A stretch of DNA of 64,000 nucleotides from assembly GCA_973895155.1 (NCBI GenBank), contig OZ316891.1, positions 26,963,972 through 27,027,971 of the forward strand, read 5' to 3'. Below the pieces are notes generated by a model. That model had not been told where the DNA came from. It did not search any database and was given only the letters and a program-made list of their open reading frames with translations. The first letter of the stretch is position 1; each line of letters starts with the position of its first letter. Of the stretch, positions 1-12,490 are shown piece by piece. The DNA is from Marsupella aquatica (Eukaryota; Plantae; Marchantiophyta). The translations under genes and the position numbers were made by a program.

Positions 1-953
1 TCCCAGGATTGTACTGTTCATATTGAAGACTTGCACGGTCTCGAAACCAAGGCTGGGAAAAACTACCTATACGGTGCCTATCCCTCAACTTCAAGGCCAA
101 AGTCCCAAGGGAGGCAGGTAGAGTTGAGGAAGGTGCTGAAGGCCCAGCCGTAGTATTTACAGTCTGCTTATTCTTATGTGCAAGTTCCTCGTGTCTTGCA
201 ACTCCAAGTTTTATCCAGAAGCGGGCAATTGCTTCCAATAACAATCCAAACTCTATCTCTAGTAGGGACGGCTTGTATATTGCGTAGACATTGGACTTTC
301 GTTTCATCCAATTCTTCAGGAAATTGTCGGGATTGCTTTCTGTTTCGCCCTGGGCAGGAGATCAATCAGAGCACCATTAACAAGTCAGGAATAGCATTGT
401 CTTCATTACAAATTTTGCTGTACCATAACTATATCTAGCAATCTGCTAATATCAGGATCTGTCCAACGTGTAAACTTTTCCGGTTTTCCTTGAGTTTAAT
501 TTCCTCTATTCTTCACGGATCCACGTCTTATACTCCTAGTATTCTTATACACCTAGTATATCTTTCCTGAGTAATTTGAGCAACACTTACTGGAGAAGCA
601 CGCTGGTCATTTTGGAGAGTAGTGTTCGCCAACAACACGTGTGCCAGTGCACTGTAGAGGCGGCGAATCAGTTTTGGTTGTACAGGAACCATCTGCTCGA
701 CAGCATCAAGTCCCACCAGCCAATTTAGGCTCAATATGTTATTTTGTCCTGGTGGACTTTCATGCAGGTGTTTTCTAGACGGTGCCTAACCAACTTTATC
801 AACTCAAGGTTAAAATAATCCGAAGATAATGTATACTGGTGCGCCTAACCAACTTTATCAACTCAATGTTAAAATAATCCGAAGATAATGTATACTGGTG
901 CGCCTAACCAACTTTATCAACTTAATGTTAAAATAATCCGAAGATAATGGTTC

Positions 954-994
<41 letters not shown>

Positions 995-3900
995 AAACAT
1001 CCAGCAGACCAGGCATTGAAGGCTTGCGAAGGAGCATTGGTCACACTTCGAGAGTTCATCAATTGCCGACTCTATGTCCCCCCTCCCAAGTGCTGTTGTG
1101 AGAATTGGGTCAGGCACTATTGGCTCCTACAGTAATCACACAGATCAGGACAATTTATGTTCAAAGAAATGCTGTAGGTGTCAGATACGCAAAATTGAGA
1201 GAGGGTCTTAAGAAAATGTGAGGATGCCATACTGTCTAAACCACTTTGAAAAGCACTCTTTGTTTCCGCCGGAGGAAGTTGTGCCTAGAGCATCTTCATT
1301 ATTTAGTTGATGAGGTCTTGCTCGCTTTTAGCCCTATCTAGCTAAGTGAACTTATTTGTTGTGCGCTAGTTTGTATCAATGTTACTCAGCATTGACAAGT
1401 TAGACATTTCTACTGTGCACAATTCCTTATGGATCGAAAATGCTGCTTGTTAAAGCTAGGAGTACAGTCACGCAAAATAATATTCTAGAAAGCTGTTGTT
1501 TTCCTTTGCTCAAATTTCTCTCCTATGCCCTCCCGTGGTCACTGGATTTGAACGGATTCAACTGAAATTTGTCTTTTCCCCGTGCTTATCTGCCGACTGC
1601 ATCTATTGGTGTAGCTTTCCTGTCCACGAGGCATCAACGGGGAAGTGTTGCCCACTTGATTTCATTTTGTGCAGCTTGACATAGGGTACGAGAGGTGTGA
1701 CATTAGGTGCAAGAGGGCTTGAACAAGGAGCCTGAAGCTAGTGGCATTCTTATGCATGTGAAGGAAGGGACAAGGAGGATATAACAATGGTTGGACCTGC
1801 AGTTGATATAGCCATTCAAGCAAGAGATGGCAGAGCACGGATGTCTCAAGCTCCTCAACTCCACTCCAATCCCCAGTGTTGATCCTTACCTGTCATACAT
1901 GCACCCATTTATTGTATCTTGGGGTAACTTTGCCAGTAGCTGTTGGATCACCCGTATAACTAGAACATAAACCAAGACACATGTGGTTCAAATCATTTGG
2001 TTTGTAAATCATAAATATAGTGTATTTGTCCATGTTTGATGTATGGATCGCATTTTAATTTGTGATTCAAATCATTTGGTTTGTAAATCATAAATATAGT
2101 ATATTTGTCCATGTTTGATGTATGGATCCCATTTTAACTTGTGTTTCAAATCATTTGGTTTGTACATCATAAATATAGTATATTTGTCTATGTTTGATGT
2201 ATGGATCACATTTTAACTTGACGTAAATTTAACGTACTGTGATCAAGTGTCATACTGTCAAATTGTATATATTACTTGATGTAGATTTAACATAGGGTGA
2301 TCAATTGTCATGCTGCCAAATTGTATATATTACGAGTGATCAAGAGAATATGTCATTTCATCTGCCAACGATTTAAAGAGTCTCGGAGGACATAGAACTG
2401 CATACTTTAGCTCTTTGCACAGGCTCATCATCTATTGAGAGATTGAGGACTGTTGTAAATGCTGTCATGAATATCATAGCAATTTGTTCTCTCTTGTCAC
2501 GATCAAATTCGGTTCTCCTCATGAGATCCCTGGTTAACCAATCAAGAATCTGGGCAGCATGTGGGAACATCATTCATCAGTCAATGGATCCGTGTGTGCC
2601 AGGAGATAAATGTTTCCTAGATTTATGACATGAAACTCTCGACTGTGAATATGACTGGCTTAATGAAGTCGAACGAATGGATGGAGCGGCGACTAATACG
2701 GATGGCTTTCTTTCGAGCTCTCTTAATGCAAACTTGCCATTGTCAAACTAGCTATTGAAGGTGAACGATAGAGAGCATTTCATATCGCGACACTGGGGAC
2801 AATATCATCAGTGAGGAAGACCTTTGGTACAAATTGCAGGGACTGTTTCTCTGCTCCATAGAGTAGTTCATTTTGCCGGACCATGCTTTCAACAAGAGTT
2901 GGGTATGACTTAGTCCCTCCATGGGTCAAGTTTTTCCTCCGTTCCTCAGGTGGTACAAATACAACTTTCAGACTGCGAATATAGAGGTGGAATTTCTTCA
3001 CAAGTTGCTCTTGAGATTTTGTCTTAAAAGTCCCAGGCCTGTAGTAAGAAAGCACTCCATCAAAAAGATGATAGAGCTGGGGTCGAAGCTACTTTATTGA
3101 ATAGGGAAAATAGTGGTTATCAATAGCGAGCTCTGAAATGGGCAATCCACATGGAGCAAACGATTAGAAGCTTCTCTGCCAGATCTCTATGAATGTAGAC
3201 GGAAAAGCTCCGTCCTCTTACCGGTCCGTGCGAACTGCTTGTATTGCCTGTAAAAACAACACAACGTTATGATGAACCGCATGCCCGCAACAATCAATTT
3301 CAATCGCATTTTCTAATCCATTATGTTTGCGACATCCTATTTAATGTCTTGGACTGCTGGAATCACTGGATTGATGTTGACATGCTGTGCCATGAACAGG
3401 TGGAGGACAATGTTCTGGGCAATAAATGCAATCAAGTACTATCGCTTCGCTTTCTTTCAATAATTTAAAGTTCCCTTCTTTGGAGGTAGGATTTTCCGAA
3501 GGGACTGTACCCCTATTGGAGTATCATATGACCCAGAGTATAAAAAGAAGCAGGCGACGACAAGTCCCGTGCGACCTGAAAATCACATCCACAACTCCTA
3601 CGCTTTCTGTTATAAACAACAATGGCTGGAAACGCATTCTGTTTATACATCGCTGCAATAATTGCTTTGAACAGAAAGATAAAAACAATTGCAGCAACAG
3701 CATTGACGATGAATTTAGAGATCATATGCAAAATTGTGGGCTGCAGCCTCTATTTCTATTATTTCAAAACAACACACAAAGACTTCGATTCTCTAAGTTC
3801 CTTCTCATAAAAGAATTCTTGAAACAAAAATGCCGAAGGTCTCAACAGTGTGAAGGTAAGAAAATGATACACGATGGCTTTAAAGGGTGGGAAACGGGTG

Positions 3901-5321
3901 TAGATTAGGGCGGACGTGTGTTTGGCATGGATCCTTGTTTAAGTTTGGAAACCACCTGAAGTTGCCCTCTAGCCGTCCTACTAGACGCATCAAAAACTCA
4001 CTTTTTACCTTAGTTTGAATTCCATTTAGAAATGAGTAACCCATAGGAAAAAGTAGATAGGCTCATAAATGCTGGCAAAGGCATATCATCTCACCGATTC
4101 CTGAATGGCAGTGAACTGCAACCTGCCCCCACCCCATCATCAAGTCCATGGGACCTGCCCATCAATCCTCGTGTCACTTTTGATTCTTGAAAAGTTCACA
4201 TTTATTTCTTGAAAGCAATCATTTCATACATGTGAAGTAGAAACTCTGTTGCAAGTTATGATTTTTATCTGGGGAAATCTACCAACTTATGTCACTCAAC
4301 GTGGGGGGATTACCTTCTCCCCTGCAGCGATCTTGGAGTCCATGACATGACAAATAGATATCGCAAGTTTTGTATCCATGAACTCACTGCCTCTCCATGG
4401 AAAACTGAAGTAAACAACTGCACTTCAAGAAGCCAGGGTTAGATCCAGCACCATCTCTGCAAAAAACCACGACTTTCTTTCCAGCTCAATCAGACATATA
4501 GTCTTTCAGCCATCGACTCGTTATACTGGCCTAAATCGCAAGAGAGTGAACAAGTGACCGGTTATAGGAGTAGAAATTAGCAAGGTCTGAAAAACGTAAT
4601 TAGTGCTCCCCCTTCATAACGCGATTGATATACTCATTCGCTTACATGACATTTCATAATGAATAAGGAACTGCAGAGGAGGAGCTAAATTGTTTTAGTA
4701 AGGGTTTTATAGAGGAGGAGCTTAACTGTTGTCCTGTGTGAATAATTCTGGGTTGTACGCAAACCCAGTCTCAGGAAGGACTCCGTCTCCACACCCAGCA
4801 TGTTCACCCGGCTGTTGTAAATTGATAATCGCTACAATATTTTGACTGTGAAACTGACCACGAAGCAATGCCCATCAGCAAGTTCTCCTCAGACCAACAT
4901 ATTGACCTAAGAGCTTCAAAACCTTATGAACTGATCGGACGGCCTCTTATCATTCCCAAGCTCAGCATCACAATTTGTATGTTACTCATATCAGTCCTCT
5001 AGCACTGCAGGTTATTTCTAAATGCTCAGGGACCAGCTACACGAGAAGAACCTGGTGAAGGAGATGATGATCTTTTATGATACGATCAGATGGGCGAGCA
5101 CACGCCAATATGGAGTCGCCTATCCAATTTGAATGCAATCCAACTATGGCACCAGTTCCTTTCTGCTGAAGATAATTTTCACTGCGGCACTTATGGTTGG
5201 AACCGAACTCATGTAGGACGCATCTGAAAGAACCTCCAAATGAGTTGTATAGCGACACTGTGGCATTTTGCTGCACCACATCCACCAAGGAATTTGGCTT
5301 TAGAGAAGGTGTTGTACACAT
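1..5321 (-). CDS. PTPDC1: PTPDC1-like (cilia-associated) tyrosine/dual-specificity phosphatase, multi-exon, 3' end beyond window start
   Basis: Hand-spliced GT-AG exons with consistent phases: 5321-5052, 4853-4727, 4417-4314, 4122-4095, 3575-3511, 3247-3222, 3038-2822, 2549-2406, 1889-1797, 1126-992, 692-591, 349-<1. The translation includes GLHSNWIGDSILACARPS, IINLQQPGEHAGCG, P-loop VAVHCHSGIGRTG, AIQAVRTDRPG, RQNELLYG and LLEWLYQLQEPIV, collinear with PTPDC1 as I remember it. Additional upstream exons are not excluded. Confidence 0.88.
781..949. repeat. Intronic minisatellite, ~59-bp unit x3, followed by a (GA)n microsatellite at 959-990
   Basis: Unit GCCTAACCAACTTTATCAACTCAATGTTAAAATAATCCGAAGATAATGTATACTGGTGC repeated head to tail inside a PTPDC1 intron. 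Confidence 0.95.
1987..2340. repeat. Intronic minisatellites: 79-bp unit x3, then ~58-bp unit x2
   Basis: TTCAAATCATTTGGTTTGT starts at 1987, 2066 and 2145. TGATCAA(G/T)TGTCAT...AAATTGTATATATTAC occurs twice within 2240-2335. Confidence 0.92.
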
Positions 5322-6812
5322 AATCCAAATAAAAACGAGATGCCCGCATATGCCTGAAGGCAAATAAGGGATGCAGTTCTACAAATTTCCATCGTCACTT
5401 CAATATCTGCTCTCGTAATCAGCCTTGTTTGGTTCCTCTTTAAACCGATAGGAGATACTTTCTACGTGTTTCTCTCGTACATTTCAATGGATTTGAACTT
5501 CTACTCAGTAGATGGTGCACATTTTCAATACTTGGTATGTCCTGAATTTGTGAAGGGATTGGATGGCAACTTTATCGGCAGGCGGGGTCGGAAGGCAGTT
5601 CAAGACGTACCTGGGCAGCCCAGCTGTGGCGACGTCCCACGCCCCCATTCCCACTACGCTTAGAATGTCCAACTCCCATGATTCTCTAGCTTGAAACCAG
5701 AGGGCTTCATATGGGTTCGCCATCCTGATCGGATGCATTGTTCATTGCTTCTCTACCGTCCTTTTCCTTCGTTTCCTCCGTTTCCTTGCTGCTGCTGCTG
5801 CTGCTTCGTCTTCGTCTTCATATTAATTGTCATCTGCCCTGTCCCCACCTTGTACCTGTCTTACGGAGCCTGAGACACCTCCATAATGGCACCAAATTGT
5901 CTAATCCAGTACTTCCACCACCACTGTTCTGCCATTTTTTCCGAGCAATAGTACCGATGAGATCTCTAGAACTGATCTATTATAACATTCAACCAATGGC
6001 CTGAAATGTTTAACCCTCGGGAGCTATGTTGCTGTCCTACAAATTTCCTTTGCAAGTACCATCCTCGAGTCCAAGATAAATCCGAGAGCCATTATTGATC
6101 AATGTCATTCCAACCATGATTCCTAGGGATAGCCAGTTGTCAGACGACTCTCCAGCCTAGTTAGCCGCTGCAGAGATGGACAGAAACAAGAATGAAGTCA
6201 AGACCCTGATACTCTACAGCCACGATTTCTCAAAGCTTCCAACTTTCGCCTTGAGATGTGAAATGTAGCAATTGTTTCATATCTCATATCTAGATAGAAA
6301 GGCGCCCCTAAGTTGCTGAAGTTGCACTCTGGTTACGACATTTGGATGGTAGCTTTGCTGACGCGGAAGAGGAATGCGAAGAGAAGGGAAGACAAGAGAA
6401 GACTCGCAGAATTCAGAGGGAACAAAAGTACGACATTGGCATTGGCCCCATTTGTACAACAAGCTGGCATTCAAGGGATTGGAGTGCAAATAGCCCAAGG
6501 AAATGACTATCCCCTATTAAACTCGATTTCCATCAGTAGAAGCAGACCAATCTAGCCAGGTACGCTAGTACTTCTAAAATCTTTGGGACATAGTGATTTC
6601 TTGGTGGCATGGACTCACTGGCTGTTGATGGACTATATATTGCCCTGCATATTGTGGTCACCAGATTTGGCAAGAAAATGACTCTCATTCATTGGCTGTG
6701 GACAACAACTTCCATCATTCAGTCATTCTGGGTCTGGATGACAAAGAATCACCAATTGCATCGAAATTCTCTCCTCCACTATTCTCTAAGTGCAACAACT
6801 GTTGGGTGGACA

Positions 6813-6860
6813 ACCGGGACTTAGAAACAGAGGCAGACCGGGACTTAGAAACAGAGGCAG
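6813..6860. repeat. Perfect 24-bp tandem duplication
   Basis: ACCGGGACTTAGAAACAGAGGCAG x2. Confidence 0.95.
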
Positions 6861-9800
6861 GAAATCAATACTTACCCGGCTCTGAGCAGTCTCAACACAT
6901 TATGCAACTCTCTAAAGAAAAACCATCTGCCTCTGAATGAACTTGTTGTCTCAGCCGTCTGCATATAAGATAGTCGTCCCACAATTGTTGAAGATCAGAA
7001 AGACAATTCCTCAGAAAAGCCTCCACGCTGTAGGTAAATGAATAGGCAATGATGAATGCCAAAGAACAATAACAATGCTCCCCCACTGCTGAAGACGCTT
7101 GCAACCATCCCAGGGAGATCACATTGCTCCCAATTCTCTGAAAGTTCAAAGTCAAGAGAGAGCCGGAGAGGCCCTAAATCCTGCAATCAGCACAACAATC
7201 TCCACGAATGCCAAGAGGGTACTAATAAGTCGATGAAGCTCAGTCTCACAGAACCAAATGGATGGACTCTAGATTCAAGCCTTCCTCAAGTCTTGTAATC
7301 GAAACAGTAGAATGCCCATAGCATCATAGTTATCACATATGGGTGCAAATTGGTGCCAAACCAGCCTAGCAGATTCCCTCCAGCAGCGTGCTGGGATTCC
7401 CAGAGCCGGGACGGAGGCTCGGCAGTGCACATTGAATCCCTCAATCCGTCCCCTCTCCTCCCACCACTCCAGATTGGGAAAGGTCTGGGGCTCGAGAGCC
7501 ACAGGGTTGTGAAGGGGCAGGCGGTTATGTCATTGGAGATACAGTACTCTATGTCCATTTCCCTCATTTGTTGTCCATTTCCTCACAAATTTTGGAATAT
7601 AATAACAAAATTCAAGGCTCCTGATGGAATATCAAGCCAGGACTAACAGAGCGGTTTGCTATCAAGCCCCATGGATTTCCAAAGCTGGGATGGCTGACTC
7701 AAACGATCAAAACATTCTCTGATAGCAATCTTTATAGTTTGGAAATGTGACCTGTAAACAGGCTCATGGCCTTTTGTAGCCAATTTTCATTAGTTTATGG
7801 GATGGGAAGTCGCTACTCATACCCAAATTACTTTGGGCGTCTTTCACAAAAGCGTCTGTTGGGTTTATAGTATTGACTAATTTTGCGCTTGTTGGCAATG
7901 GAGCAAATTATCTTTAAAAAATACTCATTTTTTTGGGTAATCAATTGGACATCAGAGACATGCTGGACATATTTCAGCTTAAACAGAAATCTAAAGCTGT
8001 CCAAATAAATACACAGATCTGCCAAAAATTGGCATTTTACAATCCATTGGGGCACCTGGAAAAACTACTGGAGGATTCTCAAAAGAGAAGTGTCCTTCCA
8101 AATGCAATCACACAATGTGAATTCTGGGTGTAAAATGAGATAGCATGTTACACAGTCCATTGGAATGGAAAAACAAAACCCTTGATCCATTCGGACATAA
8201 TTTCTCCAAATGCAAATTATTATAATGTTCAAACCATGACATAGAGAACAATTTCCAATGCTATCCATACTTGTGGTATGTAAGTAATAACTTAGGACAA
8301 AAAAATGCTCTCTCATCTTGAATTGTAGAATTGAACTACGGTACCTAAAATTGTTATCAAGGTTGATATGAAAGGTTGCGACTCTTCCCTAGCCAATCAA
8401 AGCGCCAATAAATTTCATTCAATGTTTTAAAAAGCAGACAGAATCTACACATACAATTTACATTAAAACTGCTAATCAAAACCATGTTAGTCCTGGCAAG
8501 GCCAACTGAAAAGTTTACCCTCATTTATACTTATGACGCAAATGTATATCCGTTCCTTTGAAATTTTGTTCCATCGAGCAGTTTCTCCTGTCACCTAGGC
8601 ATCTCCCCTGTAACCCTAGGGGTAGTGGACATTTCAGCTACCTGGCTTCCCCTGTCACCCATTTGTTTCTCCCTGCACATAGATAGAGTGGCAGACATCA
8701 CTATTGTCAGTCTAGAGTCCTCACTTTGCTTGGGAATTAGACACAAATAGTCTTTTTGCAAGTGGGTCACTTTGGTGTAAGCAACAAACTGACCCTATGC
8801 TTCACTTTCTTGGTGTCAGGTAAAAGCACACTAAAATTTGTACCTGTTTCATTAGTGATCTCTACTGTGCACAAGAAATTTCCTTGATTTCAGCGCACTT
8901 AAATAGAGTATGAATAAATCGTATATGGGAAAAAGGGGCTCAAAGCATCTGATGTTGGCCAAGATGCTTGGACCAACCTGGGCCAACTTAGTTAGTGCCC
9001 CAATTAACTAAGGACTCCTTAAGTGTTACCCCCTCTTAATCTGTGACCAGAACTAAAACAAACCTTCTGACTGATCGGCTATGGTTTCCTAAGATTCATC
9101 AAGAGGGGCCAAATGGTCGAAACTAAGGCAACAAGACTCGTGCAGGTAGACAAGGGCTAAGGGAGCAGAGGATGATGCTCCTAGATGGGATGAGATGAGC
9201 ATCATTTAAACAACCCCTAGCCATATAAAAGGAGAGATGTCCAAGACTTGTCCCTTTTTCACATTTCTCTCCTCTAGGGTGAGACGTTGCACCACAATTT
9301 CAGGGAAAAAGGTACTTACAAATGATGAAACCTGGTCCAGGTTTTGTCATGGACGGTGGTTCTTTAAGAGCATCAATGATGAGATGATAACTAAATAGAC
9401 ACAAGGAAAAAAAAAAAGTCTTGCAGGAAAATGAAATCCCAAGCTATTTTCTGTTCATCATTGCCCGTCCTTTTTTTGTGTGCAGCCTCATTTTCATTTA
9501 TGCCCTTTAGTGTCACGTTCTACATGCTTCACTCTAGAGAATAGGCCCAATAGTAACTTTTTGATTTATTAGTTAGACTTTTCCATCCATGGGATTCCTT
9601 TTGCACCACATTCAGATTTTGGATCGCACATTTGGGGAAACAGAAAAGGTAGGGTCAGGGTGCAGGGCCGGTCGCCCAACTCAACCCCTTGCCTTGACCC
9701 TATTCCCTTGCCCTCTCTTAGTTGCAAGCCACCTCAACCACACTCTTTTTTAATCATTGATTCTACTCTCAACAACATTCCCTACTTTACAAAATACAGC

Positions 9801-10239
9801 ATGTTCTCCTCGAGCACGCTTCAGTTTTTGTCTTTTAGTGATCTATTAATGATTTTTGATCTTTTGTGTTTTATTGATCCCTTATGATTTGTACAATATC
9901 TTATAAAGTTAGTGTGGAACTTCAAGCCCGGATAAAGGAAGCCAAATACAACCTTTTTACATAAAGCGCCAAGCAGAGTACAAAAGAACAAACAAAAGAG
10001 GTCCAAAGGGGACAAAAACCACACTCAGAGCAAAGTCCCGATGTAGCTGTTGCTTGCGAAGTTTGGAAAGAAATTAAATTTCAAAGGGAAACCCCTAACA
10101 ACCCAGAAAGACAAAACAAAAGTAACCCTAGGTCCTCATCAAACCTAGCAAATGTGACAAAAGCTAATGATACACATCAATGTCAAAACTAAATCAGTAA
10201 ATCGGATGAGATTGTCCTCTATGGGGCGAGCTGCTGTGG

Positions 10240-10580
10240 AGGCACAGGGGCACCCATTGTGAGACATTGACAATAGATGGCCTGAGCTTGAGCATTTTGT
10301 AATGTCATTGAAATCCATTGACAAAAGTGAATGGTCATGAATATCACAAGCATCTTGCCAAAGAAGCCCATCAAACTGATGATGGAGATGCCCATATCAA
10401 GAGCAAGGGGGAGGAAGCTATCATATGAAACTTGTGCAACATATTTGGCCTCTTTTGTTGTTGCCGCTCGTGACGTCGCTGCCCTTGCCGTTGTCACTGC
10501 TGTCCGGATGATGCCTTGGCGCAAAGGGTTTGCCACCACTACATCTGCCAAAGTACGCTCACCATCACGGACATATGTCA
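10240..10580 (-). pseudogene. Remnant of the C-terminal restriction-like endonuclease domain of a CRE/RLE-type non-LTR retrotransposon
   Basis: Minus-strand peptide TLADVVVANP...AATSRAATTKEAKY...FLPLALDMG...QWISMTLQNAQAQAI fits the D-V-x-V...K-x-x-K-Y...F-x-P-x-A-x-E-x-x-G...I-S-x-x-L-Q pattern of CRE-clade elements. Confidence 0.7.
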
Positions 10581-11376
10581 AGAGAAAAACCTCTTTTCTT
10601 CTCTTTCCTTTCATTATACTTTGTTTCTCCCCTGATTTATTGAATTTTGGTGGAAGTTGTTGCAAAGAAACATGCTGAGAATAACACAATGATTACTTTT
10701 CAGTGTTATGATGACTTTTGTGTGAATTGGCTTGACACTTTTCACTTTCTCTTCTTCCTTTTTTAGTATTGCACTTGCTTCTTTTTCCTTGTTTGGTATT
10801 TTGACTCCTTTTTCTGTCCTTTCATTGTACTTTGTTTTGTCCTCATACATAAAGTTTTGGTGTAAGTTTCTTGCTTAAGAAAAAATCAGTTGGTTTGGGT
10901 GACTCGATACATGTGCCCTCTCCTCAATGCTCATGGCCTTATAAACTGTTGACCCCGCTTTTAAAGGCCTCCCACAAGTCAGTTTTTTAGTAGACATCTT
11001 CTAGAAGATTGTGAACCTCTTTCAAGAAATTGGCGATACTTTAAAGTAACTCTCATATTGACTTTGTTTTCTGACCGAAGTCACTCAAAATGCAAACTTA
11101 GCAAATAAAAACTGTTATAAGTAATTATATGGGGAGGGCTAGCATTATTTCTTCCTCACACTAAGAGTAAGCCATACCATCTCCCTCAAATATTTATGGA
11201 ATTTAATATATACTACTTGATTAAAAGAATCAAAATAATATATTGTGGTGGGCAAGATTAGAAAAGCTAAACTCTAGGACAGGAAATTTTTCAACAATTA
11301 GGAGGGTGCAAAAAATAATCAAGTTTCAATGGTGCAAAGATGTGCCTTACTTATAGGACACTAGTTCAGCTCCCGT

Positions 11377-12490
11377 TGTCGTGCCGAAACATTTCGGCTC
11401 GGGAATGGCTTTTATAGAGGCTGATGGGCGAGGCGTTGCTGGTCAGTCGCGGGTATGCTGACTCGGAAAGGCTGCTTGGTTGGTTGGAAATAAGGCTTGA
11501 TGTTTGGGTGACTTGTCGTCACCAGGTTTGGTGTTTGGGTGAGCCTCGCTGGTGGCAGCTGGCTCGGGCAGGAGAGTTGGTTTCGAAAGCTTTTTAAAGC
11601 TTGAGCTGCGGCTCATTGGGGTTCTGTTCTGTTCGGCTGTCTGTTGGGCTATCTGTTGGTTTGGCTGTGAGTTCAGCCGATTGATGCTGTTGTTCTGTCA
11701 CTTGTTGCTCGTTGCGAGTGATGGTTCATTGAGGTTGATCGAGGAGGTTTCAAGTCTGAGAGGTGATTCGGTTCGGTTTCGGTGTGAGCTTTGAGATTTG
11801 AGTCTTGGGCCTTCGTGCGTCAAGTCTCGTTGGTCCAGGCCTGAGTTCCTTACGAGCGCGCTAGATTGCGACTAGTCGAGTAGCTAGTCAATTTTGGAGT
11901 TTTGTGAGCTATGTGGGGAGAAATCAGATCAGGAAAAACACTCCAAACATACACGTGCTCAATAGTTACGTGGTTCGCCTCAAGGTCGGCTACGTCCACG
12001 GGAAGACCAAGCTTTATTAATGGTTATCTGTCTACTCAAGCATCACCATAGCTCTCATCTCTTGCTATATCCCTGTGTTCTCTCTTGAGAACTCTCTTGT
12101 GTGTTCTCACACCACATAGAAGTTGAAGAGATAAGGACCAATCTCTTCAACTAGGGTTTACTCTAACCCTAGTTAACATACTAACCATAGTTCAACCCAA
12201 GACTGAGTTAACTTTTACAAGCTAAGGAGGAGGGTTTTTTCGTCAGTTTTGAGTAGACAGCCACTCGAGGGGTTGAGCTTGACAAGTTAGAGGTAGCGGC
12301 CCGCCGTAGGGTCAGCTACCAGACTCTTGCGAGCAAGCTTACTCGAGGGCACCCATTGTAACCATTGAGATAAAAGTAAAAAACCTAAAGGAGTGAGAGT
12401 TCGCTCCAAAAAGTGTTTGTCACCTGTCCTAGTGACAGCCAGAAATGCGAAGTTTACCCAAGGAGCCCCTAACTTCTAGTCCTCGCAACA
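11377..12490. mobile_element. GC-rich TG...CA insertion (probable solo LTR) with 4-bp TSD
   Basis: Starts TGTCGTG, ends CGCAACA, flanked by CCGT/CTGT. The empty site can be reconstructed from the related terminus at 27838. Confidence 0.65.
11912..12219 (-). mobile_element. Copia-type solo LTR (308 bp)
   Basis: TG...CA ends with a perfect 5-bp TSD AGCTA. Contains ACGTGGTTCGCC...GGCTACGTCCACGGGAA, shared with the Copia LTR at 36417. Confidence 0.85.

Noticed and set aside
980-1330. Plus-strand resemblance to a CACTA transposase (HLHYLVDEV)
   Set aside because: The minus strand gives an in-phase PTPDC1 exon (1126-992) and the rest is intron, so the resemblance is probably chance.
781-2340. CRISPR-like regular repeats
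   Set aside because: Head-to-tail units without unique spacers, inside spliceosomal introns, with no cas genes.
3426-3908. 160-aa plus-strand ORF
   Set aside because: Antisense to PTPDC1 exon 5 and its intron, with no recognisable motifs.
5505-5738. 77-aa minus-strand ORF upstream of PTPDC1 as an extra exon
   Set aside because: No recognisable homology and no splice path I could verify.
6300-8300. Possible very old LINE ORF1/endonuclease remnant
   Set aside because: Only vague fragments; no motif I could support.
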